A DNA stretch of 64,000 nt from Macrostomum lignano (taxonomy: Eukaryota). This document shows positions 11,301 to 27,111 of this stretch, piece by piece. Location: assembly GCA_002269645.1 (NCBI GenBank), contig NIVC01000129.1:356755-420754 (forward strand), read 5' to 3'. The notes under the pieces are model-generated. The model saw nothing but the letters and a program-made list of their open reading frames with translations, made no database searches and was not told where the DNA came from. A program made the translations under genes and the position numbers. The first letter of the stretch is position 1, and every line of letters begins with the position of its first letter.

Positions 11301-12748
11301 GCGATCGGGGCGCGCCGGCAGCCTCTCGGGATGGCCGCCTTGGCGGCGCTGGTGACGGCGGACGCGAACCGGTTGGCGGCGACGGGCACCGTGCGTGGGG
11401 GGCGCTCCGGCCAGCTGGCCAGGGCCTGGTCGAGGGTCCGCTGGAACAGGTCCCAGTCCGCCTTGTGGTAGGCGTACCGCGTCAGGCGCTTGGAGCTGGA
11501 GCGGGCCAGGCCGGAGGCTGCGATGTCGATGATGATCGGCAGGTGGTCTGAGCCGATGTGCTCCCCGGTTCGCCACTCGATCCGGTCTTGCCAGGAGGCG
11601 TGGGCGAAGGAGACGTCAGGGGAGCTCGGCAGGCCGCGGGGGCTGATCCTAGTTGGGGAGCCGTCGTTCAGAGCGACCAGGTCGTAGGTCGTCGCCCAGT
11701 CTTCGAGGGCCCTGCCCAGCTCGTCGTCGTCCGCCGAGGCGTCCCACATCCCGTGGTGGGCGTTGAAGTCGCCCAGCACCAACGAGTCCCGTGAAACGGG
11801 GATCCAGTCGGGCTCGAAGGCGTCCGTGCGGCCGTCTGCGGCGCGGACCGGCGGGAGGTAGATGTTGATCACATCCAGGGGACGTGGTAGCCGGGGGTCG
11901 TGGATACGGAGGCCCGAGGCTTCGGCGGACGTGGCGTGGGTGACGAGCTCGCCTAGTGGAAGGTCGGCGAATTGAATGCCCTCCTTGACAAGGAAGCAGA
12001 CGCCCCCGTGGTGGGTTCTGGCTGCCTCCCCGTCGCGGCCGGTGTTGCGGTCCTTCCGGCCAGCGATCTGCCACCCTTTGAGGCGTGGGGCCGCTGTGTT
12101 GCCGGACAGGTTCGTCTCCTGGATGCAGGCGACGTCGGCGCCCTGCTTCTCCAGGAAGTGGAGCAGTTCCAGCTTGCGGGAGCGGAGCCCTGCCGCGTTG
12201 AGCTGGACGATGCGGAAAGCCGCCCCGCTGTTGTTCGGCGCCACCGCCCGCGCTGGTTGCGCCATCAGGGGGGGCGGGGGTGCCGGTGCGGGGTTCGGGG
12301 GAGGTGGAGTCGTAGCCGTTGGCGTCTGGTGGGTGCCAGTGGGGCCTGCAGCCGCGGAGGGGGCCGGAGTCGCAGCGGGCTGCGGCGCTGAAGCGGCAGG
12401 CTGGTGGGCGCAGGTGGGACAGTGCTACGGTGCCTTGTCCCGGTGGAGCCGGTTGATAGCCGCAATAGTGAGGCGGGAACAGCGGCGGTGCCACCACAGG
12501 CCGCAGTCGGAGCAGCAGGTGGAGTAGCCCCTGGCTACCTCCTCGGCACAGCCTCCGCACGGGAAGGCCGGCCCAGGGTTGGACTCGACGTCTCCAGCTC
12601 TGAGAAGCAGCTGAGCCAGGTGAGCTGGGAGGCCTGGCTCAGCGTGGAAAAACCCGGGGCGCTCGAAGACCCTCGCACGGGTCCGGGGTGGTGGCTGCAC
12701 TTGGCCGGGCGAACCCGGACGGTCCCGCCGCGTGAAGGCGGCAGCCAT
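8368..12748 (-). pseudogene. Ingi-type single polyprotein ORF (59-aa leader with 2A, PHD, AP endonuclease, RT, RNase H, CCHC) with 2 in-frame TAGs and 2 frameshifts
   Basis: PHD CGGC..CSDCGLWWHRRC..(W>*)HCPTC. APE IVQLNAAGL/IQET/GDFNAHH/GSDHLPI. RT PGPDG/QAGFR/GLPQGS/YADD. RNase H WTDGS/AEE/TDSQS/WVPSH. CPRC..H..HC. Stops at 12425-12427 and 9759-9761. 1-nt deletions in runs at 10155-10158 and 8811-8814. Confidence 0.9.
12569..12625 (-). other. 2A-like ribosome-skipping (StopGo) peptide HLAQLLLRAGDVESNPG|P
   Basis: Exact D(V/I)ExNPGP consensus with an upstream LLLxAG helix. Gly codon 12572-12574, Pro codon 12569-12571. Confidence 0.9.
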
Positions 12749-12783
12749 GGGAAGCGCGCGAGCGCGCTCCGGGAGGCGGAACC
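12692..12783 (-). ncRNA. Candidate HDV-like self-cleaving ribozyme at the 5' end of the Ingi element
   Basis: Manual fold: P1 GGUUCC/GGGACC, P2 UGGCUGC/GCAGCCA, P3 GCC/GGC, L3 UUCACGC, G-U after P1, P4 CCGGG-UUCG-CCCGG, J4/2 C-C-A-A. All elements are in HDV order. Confidence 0.75.
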
Positions 12784-14224
12784 TCCCGACCGGTAAGCGA
12801 GCGTCGGCCTGGTGGTCAACACGCGGAAGACCGGACGGCATCGAAGCTGCAATTTTCTGCGCCGAGGCGCTAACAGACAAGTGGCGAGGCTTCCGCGCCT
12901 GTCAGTATTTTGTCTAGCTCGGCGGTCTGGTGCCTGACGTTCGCGAGGAGCTGTATACTTGCCTGTGGGCTGCTTTCCGTTCCGTGAGGGCTGTCGATAG
13001 TGCAGTGCGAGGCCCTACCTGACCGCCGGAGGGCAGCGTTGTTCCATGCGGTGATCGAGACCATCCTTGCTTTAAAACGCTTGCACGCTGACGAACCCGC
13101 TCGAACAGCAGGTTGATGCGGCGCACGCTGGCCTGCTGCGCGCCGCCTTTAAGATCGTCTACGATCGAGCGATCAGTCACCAATGCGGCACTCTATCGCC
13201 GCACCGGCCTGTCCGGTCCCAGCAAACTGTTGCGCCGTCGGCAACTCCACATCTGTCAAAGCCGAGTCGTACTGCCCACAGCCGGTGCAGGAGGTGCTGC
13301 TGCTGACGCTGGAGGCAACAGGCGCGGACTCGGCGTTTCGTCGACTGTCTGCTGGCTATAATGCCGGCGTCCCGGACACTGGCAACGGTGCGGCCTACGT
13401 TTCGCACCCAGGCCCTGAAACGCGCCCTGTGACATTGTCCCACGTTTGATTGGCTGACATTTATGTGCTACTTTATATGCTACTTTATTTAGTAATAAAT
13501 GTGCTACAAATTATAAAACAGAATATTTGATGGACAGAATAGAATTTTCCGGAAGATTTCACAATTACATGAAAATATGTGACTCAGTATTTACATGTAT
13601 ATACAGTCAGATAAAGCATTAAAAATACTGTAGCAACAAATGTTTCTACAAGTATTCGTCTGCTCGTCTGCATGTTCAGTGTTACGAGGTGCGGCGCGAG
13701 CAAGCTAGAATCGTTTGGTGGACGCATTACAGTAAATGTATATGTTTCTATTTAAGCTAAGAGCCATTTTAATACTCTCAAAAATTAGGGAGCTTTTATA
13801 GATAAAAGAGCACAGCAGTACAATTAATACATGTAGCATCTTCGGCTAGCGAATTCCTGCTAACAAAGCTCGGCTAGCAGCGACATTAAATTCTTATGAG
13901 ATTGCTAGCAAATCTTTTTTTACCCTCAAGCTATCAAAAAATATTAGTTTTGTGTTCGCTAAACTTTTAACAGAGCTACGAATAATTTAAAATTTTGTAT
14001 TGAACTTGAACGATGTATTTTCTGAATGCTCCCCCCGGGCGGATCTTATTTGGAGGTTGATCTTATTGGGGGGAGGCAATCACATGAGCTCGGACAAAAT
14101 TGAATAAAATTTTTCTGAAAAAAAACTATTTTTCAATACACGAGCTGCAATAAACCTATTTTTTTGCACAAGTAAATAATTTAAAGTTTAGTTTGTTTTA
14201 GTATTATCTCTCCTTACTGAGAAT

Positions 14225-14485
14225 GGGCCCTTTCATATTACCAATTCCAGAACCAGAATCGGTTCGGAATTCCAAGAAAAACAGCAGTAAAACTATTAAA
14301 CTCTGTTAATATTTGACTGCCTTAACAGCCTCACTTTGCACGATTTTTCACTTTCTTCTTGGCGATTGTCATTCAATAATAAAAACTTTATAGCACGTAT
14401 CTCCCTCTAGTTATGGAGACAAAAAGTTATACTTCATAAATTGGTTCTGGTTCTGGAACCAGAACAAGCAATATGAAAAGGCCCC
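14225..14485. mobile_element. Possible old MITE
   Basis: Imperfect terminal inverted repeats GGGCCCTTTCATATT / AATATGAAAAGGCCCC plus inverted CCAGAACCAGAA motifs. No TSD seen. Confidence 0.4.
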
Positions 14486-15145
14486 TTGTTGAAGTCGAGA
14501 ATGTTGGTCATGCATGTTGTAGGTGTGGTAGTTGCGGACTCCCACTAACGAATATTTAAATTTTATAATAACATTTCATGGACTGTCCCCTTTTCCGCCG
14601 CCTCATTTCTGGCCCTACCCGTTCATCCTTTGGCGAAATTCTATGACGTATTTTGTTCCTTTTCTGGTATATAACTGCCCTCTTTCTGGATTTTCGTGCC
14701 CTTTTTCTGTTTAGTTTTGTTTTTCTTTGTGTATCTCTGCGGAACTTTTGCTCGCGCCAAATTCTGGGCCTTGGAGTCCACGTCCTGTCCCCTCTCTGGA
14801 CCATGCATGCACCTTGCCCACCTTCTGCTCCTTTTTTTGTTATTTAGCTTAGCGCTCTCTCTCCCTTCCGCCCCCAGTTTGCCTCCCCTTCCTTCACCTT
14901 CCTCCTCCCTTCTCGCTCTTCCCCCCCTTCTATCGCGACATAAACTTAATACATAAATTTAATACTTGTTATTTGTTCCCAGTTGAGTAAAGCCAAATAT
15001 TAAGACTAGTGATTCGAATTTAAATAATTTAGAGCCCCGCACCGCGGCTCCCCCGGAACTTTCTGTCGTCTGGTCGACTCCGGTATAGTAATAATTTTCA
15101 GTGATTGGTTAATAAACTGACGTCAATTGTTCTTCGTTTAATACT

Positions 15146-15295
15146 TAATTAAAAGCCGTAGTTTATCTTAAGTCATTTTCCCGTGGGGCGTAAAACAACC
15201 AAGTTCTCATCTCACAGAAAGCTCTGAGATTTCAACGTTCCGTAATACGTAAATTACGGTGGTGGCAGCGCTACTCTACTAACAGTAATCAGTCA
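15146..15295. repeat. About 150-bp segment with an inverted, CpG-decayed copy at 17245-17390
   Basis: Shared GGCAGCGCTACTCTACTAA, GCTCTGAGAT and GGGGC(G/A)TAAA in opposite orientation. Confidence 0.85.
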
Positions 15296-15823
15296 AGAAA
15301 TCGAAGTGCATTAACTACGGTGTCTGAGGACCCTCTCTGAACGCTCGCGCCTAACGAAGACCGCTCGTCTACGACCGAAACTACCCTCCCCCCGGAATTG
15401 AGGACCCCGGCAGTCGGAGTAAAACAGGAGGCCAACTTCCGTTGTGATTCATCTGCGCGATTTTCCGGCTTCAATTCGTGCGAACGCAACGACGACCGGT
15501 TTCGAAGAAACCCCGAGTTCAAATCAGCAGTCGCCAAGTTTACTACCTAATTGCGCAGTTTACTACAAAATTTACTACTACTACTACTACCACTACCAAC
15601 AAATTTTTTCTTCCTCCGCCCCCACCTCAAAGGCAAGGCCTCCACTTTCTTCCACTGAACGTAACTCTTTTCCGGCTGAACGGCTGAAAAGCGAACGAAA
15701 CAACCAGCAGAACTAGAGATCTTAAACCGCCCCGTCCTCAGTCACATCATCTCACAATCAATCAGGATTGCAATATTTTAAAAGTGGTGCTTCATTGTGA
15801 TTCTTAATTTTCGTTTACGCACA

Positions 15824-21831
<6,008 letters not shown>

Positions 21832-21953
21832 CAATATTGTTGCACTGTTGCTCTGTTAGTTGATTGATTTGCCTACACATCATCTATAGAATATTGCCTA
21901 ACAATTTACACTGCACTCAAAATCTCTGTTCTAGCAGTCAGCTCTCTGTAAAA

Positions 21954-21959
21954 AATAAA
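21954..21959 (+). terminator. Possible polyadenylation signal of the kinase gene
   Basis: AATAAA about 120 nt after the TGA stop. Confidence 0.4.
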
Positions 21960-22622
21960 GAATAATTTAGCTAGTTTCTCTTATCCTGTTTAGAATTTTG
22001 GTGCTGCAAATTGCCACACAGTGGTACCAAGTGTCTTTTTGTCTATCGCTTAAAAGTCCATACGCTCATTACTGTTATGATTAAAATACTTTTTATAAAG
22101 TTTTGTAGGTTGTTGATGTTGCACCGCACGTAAAGTCTGGTTTTTTTCATAATTTATAATTAAATTGTCTGAAACTTTTTCATACCTGGCATTCCGTTAC
22201 TTTTTACCTAGCTATATATCCAGCTTATGCTACTCTTTGTAGTAGTATTTTTTGCACCTTCTGAGCCTTTTTAATAAGCTAATTATTTATAATAAAAAAC
22301 GTCACTTTTTAACTGTAAAGAAATTTTCATTGCTGATGGCCATTTGGTTTTTTGATAACATAACCTAGTTCTATATTCATAGCTATTCTGCTGGTTATGT
22401 ATTGTAATTTTTTGTAAAATATACTTATTGAAATGAGTTCTTGTTTTATTTCTTCTGTGAAGAAGCATCTTTGAAAATTAATTTATTGCATACGCTTTCA
22501 TACGACTGTTATTTATCTACATAATATACATATCTGAATTGTGTGTCTGTGCCAGAGAGGAAACATGTTTCAATTTAATATATGGAATTGAGTCCGATTG
22601 GTGAGCTATCTGGATCAGATTC

Positions 22623-23828
22623 TTATTCTGACGCCGCGGTGCTGATTGATAATGGAAGGCTCCGCATCAGGACAGCTGTTCTTCTCTCCTGTCTGTTAGC
22701 TTCTTCTGCACGTCTGCGCCATCGGACTGGCACAAAGGTCCTGCAGAATGCTCGGTAAAAATTTCTGCTCATGAAGTACACCGGCCAGCTTAGCGCATTG
22801 TTCAAGTACAGCAGGTTTTGCAGAGCGCCGGATGCGACCAGCATAAGCACGTAAATTATGGACCGTATTCTCTTTAGCTCCGAATATGGCTCTTCGAATT
22901 TCACTTGTCGAAAACCGTAACGACTAAAAACGAAAAGAGACGCCAAACTCGATGGCAGGCAGGTTGCAGCGAACAGCAAATTGATAAACACCATCATGAG
23001 GCTGATTCGAACCAGCGACCTCTGCCTATGTCGGCTACTGTTTGGCTCCAAATTGATTCTCCCAGCTGTTCGATTGCTCCGGTACACGCAAGCGCAAATT
23101 CCAACTGTACCCAGTGCCATGGCCGCGAGAAGGAAGATCCGACCATAAAAGAGCTCGGCCGGCAGGTAGACATCGGCAAAAAAGTCCATGTTTAAATCGC
23201 AGAATTTGAGGTTCGCACAGGCTGTATTAAAGAAGACGTACATGTACATTGCAGGCAGGGCCAATGCGGCTGCAGTGATGACGGCCAGCAGGATGCGGCT
23301 TCTCTTGCTAGTCAGAATCTGCTGCGCTCGCATTGGCACCGCCACAGCAACGAGACGGTCCACGGTGAGGCCCAGCTGAAAGAAGTGCGCTCCCACAGTT
23401 GAGTAAACTCTGGTGAATTCATACACCGTTTTGAAAGCAAATCCATAGTAATTCTTGTCAGTTCCCAGTGGATCCTTTTTAGAGATATCAGAAATGTAGT
23501 GCAGACAGCCATGTAGTGTCATCGCCTGAAAGTCGTTGGCCGTGATAATGAGCAGGTACTGCCGCGTTACTCTGGGAAAAGACTCTCGATTTCTTAAAAT
23601 CACCCAGAATGAACAGCCATTAGCGATTGATCCGATGATGCACAATAGTGGAAACAGCCAGGGAAATAAGTTCTGCGATAGCCATTTAGTTGTCTCTTTC
23701 GCATTTATGTACGACTTCCAGATAGCAAATAAATTTTCCGGCAGAGTGTCAAGTGTAAAGTTGCTCACCATTGTACTATTTTGCCACTCGGTTATTAGAT
23801 CGGTAGAACCTCCAGCTTCAAGATCCAT
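22623..23828 (-). CDS. Single-exon rhodopsin-class GPCR, peptide-receptor-like (FMRFamide/myosuppressin-receptor superfamily type), 401 aa
   Basis: Seven hydrophobic segments. N-terminal N-glycosylation sequons NST and NFT. TM1 GSIANG, TM3 LTVDRLVAV, TM6 CLP, TM7 LNNALSWPVYF. Confidence 0.9.
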   Translation of the reverse strand: MDLEAGGSTDLITEWQNSTMVSNFTLDTLPENLFAIWKSYINAKETTKWLSQNLFPWLFPLLCIIGSIANGCSFWVILRNRESFPRVTRQYLLIITANDFQAMTLHGCLHYISDISKKDPLGTDKNYYGFAFKTVYEFTRVYSTVGAHFFQLGLTVDRLVAVAVPMRAQQILTSKRSRILLAVITAAALALPAMYMYVFFNTACANLKFCDLNMDFFADVYLPAELFYGRIFLLAAMALGTVGICACVYRSNRTAGRINLEPNSSRHRQRSLVRISLMMVFINLLFAATCLPSSLASLFVFSRYGFRQVKFEEPYSELKRIRSIIYVLMLVASGALQNLLYLNNALSWPVYFMSRNFYRAFCRTFVPVRWRRRAEEANRQERRTAVLMRSLPLSISTAASE

Positions 23829-24169
23829 TTGGGGCTACGGCCTCTGAGGTCAGCGTCTGAAAACAAAAATTGTTTCACTAAACTGTTTTTATCGCATCAC
23901 ATTTCAGCAAATTTCTTACGGCAAACAGACTTCCCGTCTTTTTCTATCCTTACACAAGAAACAGGAAATATTCTGCCACAGCCGAAATTTCATCAAGCTG
24001 TTTAAAGCTTCGTTAGCTGAAATTTGATAACATTCATACAAAGTGTTGCAAGCTGGAGAAAGTTACTCTGGATGATGTGCGGAGTCTGGAAGTTTCTTTC
24101 GGTTTCATTAGGAACTTTGTCGAATATCTATACGCAGCAACGTTGAAAACTGCCACCCTAGAACCATGG

Positions 24170-24613
24170 GTTTTTCCGGTCAAGTCGCAAAATAGCCAAC
24201 TCTGTGCAACAGTGCAAGTGCAACATATTCAAGTCAAGTGGCAACAAACCAAATGAAGTTGCAACTTGTCAATTCAGAGTTACCAAAAGACCAAGTCAAG
24301 TATCACAGTGATTTCGAGCAGCAGACTCATTAGCTTCTGTGAATTTCTTTATACCCAGCTGCTCTGCCAAATGCAAGTTTGCAAGTAAACAACAGCCGTT
24401 TCTACTGTTTGAGTTGGCTTTGTCGCACTTGGTTTGGCCTTTTATATCCATCGTCGTCATTGCGCAACAGGGGGGGGGGTAATATTGAGAAGCGCTCTGA
24501 TTGGCTGATTTGGACTTGAACTGGCGTTTACACTGGATTTAGCTTTTTGGCACATTTTATGCACTTTTGATGACTTGAACCTGAGTTGGATTATGCTACT
24601 TGACCGGAGAAAC
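24170..24613. mobile_element. MITE-like element with ~31-bp imperfect TIRs
   Basis: GTTTTTCCGGTCAAGTCGCAAAATAGCCAACTC versus GAGTTGGATTATGCTACTTGACCGGAGAAAC. Internal CAAGT/ACTTG subterminal motifs. No clear TSD. Confidence 0.55.
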
Positions 24614-26259
24614 TATACATGTAAAAATTGTGTCATTGCAGTGAACTGAAATTAATCGCTCTGCTCAGGGGTTGCGGTTTTCAATGTTGTTGAGTATACA
24701 AGAATTGCCCATAATTTGTATGAGTTAAGGAGCTGAAATTAGTTCTACGTGAGGACTTGATCAGATATGGGTGTCTGTTCTGCGTAGTCCTGCCACCAGC
24801 ACAGATAAAAGATGAAATAATATATGATCCTGCATCAGACATAGCTTATCTTTTCACGTAAATTAGTCTCCGACTACAACTCTTTAGGCAGTTTATACGT
24901 TTCCTGTCATCTTGACTATTAACTTGTAGGAACTGCTACATGGAGTTACTTACATATGTAAACAATCAACAACATTACCTAATGAGTGACGTAAGAGATA
25001 GCAAGTAAGTAGGCTTAAAACTCAGAATATATTTCGCGACTGAATATTGTCATGCCAAGGGAGGGAGAGATTGTGTGTGTACACAGGCCGCGTACATTGG
25101 GGAAGGCTTGTTTGGCTAGTTAGGCAGGTTAACTGGCCGGCTAGTTAGATTTGCTCGTAATTGAACTCAGGTGAATCAGGCGCAGTGCAGTACATCAATA
25201 CACGCCCAATACTTCATCTCCCCCATTCGAATCGCAACGGAGGCACGCCTCGATTCGCTCGGAGGTTGTAGCTCGGTCTCTGAGCCGCGATGTTGTCGTG
25301 TCACTTCCGGCTCTGCTCTCCAGTGGGTTCCGGGGGTACCCGGAACTGAGCTCGCCGCCGGGTTGTGCTCGGCCTCCTCTGACGTGGTCGAGATCGGAGG
25401 TACCTCGCTGCCGGGCGTCACCGTTGGCAGGTTGGTGGGCATCACCGCCCCCTCAGAGCGGAGGTCGCCGTTCAGGTCGGTTATCGCAGTCGCGCCGCTT
25501 CCACTGCTGTCAGGCTTGTGTCGCCGAAGTTGGTCCAGGGGGGCGAGCGTGACTGTTGCAATGATTTAAATTAAATGAATTCAGTTATTTAAAAACGCCA
25601 CCCTAAACCCCCAGTGCGCCTGGGCGGGATTTTAAAAACCAATCGAATTATTTGCAGTGTAGTGAGCTGAAGTGAATCGCTGTGCCAATGCTAGGGCTAG
25701 AAAATGTCGGGTACTGAGACGGATCCAGGAGTTTTAACTCGATTATACGTACGAGTACATTACAATTGTAATAAACTTAAGTGAGTTGTGGCCGTGGGTG
25801 GCAGGCAGACTATAAGGCTCACTCACGTCATCATGACTCAGTACATGTCTACACGACTGCATGAGGTTAAGTGATTGTGTTGCTTGAGATCTCTTGCTGT
25901 GTTGCAATGTTGCGTTTTGGAGAGTATTTCTTTGGCTAGACTATTAACGTCTTGCTTCCTGGTGTGCATAACAGCTTTCAAATAGGGGAAATACTCGAGC
26001 AGGCTAAATACTAGAGTAGATAAGACACTTTTAACGGACTTCGAAAAGGCCCTTTTTGGTTGGCGCTCGGCGCCAAGCGCCGTTCGAATAGCGCGCCTGG
26101 GTAATATCGGCGCTTGGTGCCGAGCGCCCACCCAAACGAGAGATTTACGAGGAACAGACAATAATTTTAACTAAGAATAATCATGCAGTTGCAAGGGTTA
26201 AATTTTCTACAATAAAGATCTAAATGCTACATTTAAAACAACGAAGCTTAGCTTACAGC

Positions 26260-26305
26260 CAAGGACCACTAGGAACACTTTGTTTATCAAGTCTAGTAGT
26301 CCTTG
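26260..26305. mobile_element. 46-bp miniature hAT-like element
   Basis: TIR CAAGGACCACTAG / CTAGTAGTCCTTG (12/13). Perfect 8-bp TSD CTTACAGC at 26252-26259 and 26306-26313. Confidence 0.8.
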
Positions 26306-27111
26306 CTTACAGCTCCGTTGCCATTATTCTCAGACTTGCGTCTTGCAAAAGAGCAAAGAAAGAAATGACTTAACCCGAATTCTCGACTTTGAGTCGAGCC
26401 CGGACCTCGACTTCGAAAAATTGGCAAGAAACACTGGCGGCCTACTCCCAGTAGTCCATACTGTACGAGTCCAGTTTGCGAATTTAGAATTTCAAAAAGG
26501 AGTCCTAATCAATATGTACGTGCGATGTAGTAGACTTGGATAAAATTACCACGATGAATTTAGATTATAGAAGTCACGTAGTGTTGGATGCAACCCTACG
26601 GACACGCCAGATCGAATTAACTACATGCACTCAGTAAAATGACACACCAAATAGCAATTAACTTTGCGAAGAGCAGATTTACTAAATTGAATTCTGCACC
26701 AGACGGGCCGCCGGATATTTCTTCCACTGTCTCGTTAAGCTTCACTTTTCCCAATTAATAAGAATTTATATCTAAGACTTATAGACATATATTTAGTATA
26801 TGGATTTGTTCTTCGAATACTTACGCATTGTAGAGTAATCCGATAGGCCCCTAACAACCAATTTGTCTGAGCGCATTAGTGAATGTCGGCGATGAGATGC
26901 TGGGTTTGATCGCCAACTGCACCGCCCCGGACGCAATTCGATGGCGAATGTCTAATTATGCGCACGCTTTCACTTCATGATAAAATCACCTGCGCTGCGC
27001 CAGAACAGACGCGCATCTGACTAGCGTTTATTATTCTACATTTGCAACATGAACGTGACACGATTTGAAATCGATAAGTTTTTCAAGTTTGAGCAGCAAA
27101 TAACGCTTTAC

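Larger units (their letters stand above)
8357..12791 (-). mobile_element. Near full-length Ingi-type (I-group, RNase H-containing) non-LTR retrotransposon nested in the RTE
   Basis: TSD GGTAAGCGAGCGT at 8344-8356 and 12792-12804. (CAA)4 3' tail directly after the TAA stop. Single ORF 2A-PHD-APE-RT-RNaseH-CCHC. Confidence 0.92.
6300..13432 (+). mobile_element. Decayed RTE-like non-LTR retrotransposon (APE C-term, RT, C-terminal region) in three pieces: about 6300-7163, 7464-8356 and 12805-13432
   Basis: Fragmented motifs QLDHIFV, EQNGFRPNRGT, FIDFRKAFD, GVLQGDT and LDYADDL. After the nested insertion it resumes as ASVGLVVNTRKT, then ...PQPVQEVLLLTL. Many stops and frameshifts. The 5' boundary is approximate. 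Confidence 0.85.

Noticed and set aside
8382-12917. Many overlapping GC-rich ORFs on both strands of the Ingi and Gypsy elements
   Set aside because: Expected shadow ORFs in very GC-rich coding DNA. No recognisable domains.
15444-15716. Proline-rich ORF upstream of the kinase, like the vertebrate MK2 N-terminus
   Set aside because: No convincing donor/acceptor pair joins it in frame to 15824. It is more likely promoter or 5' UTR.
25171-25569. GC-rich island with short ORFs; similarly 42176-43079
   Set aside because: No recognisable domain, splice-consistent exon or TE hallmark could be supported by eye.
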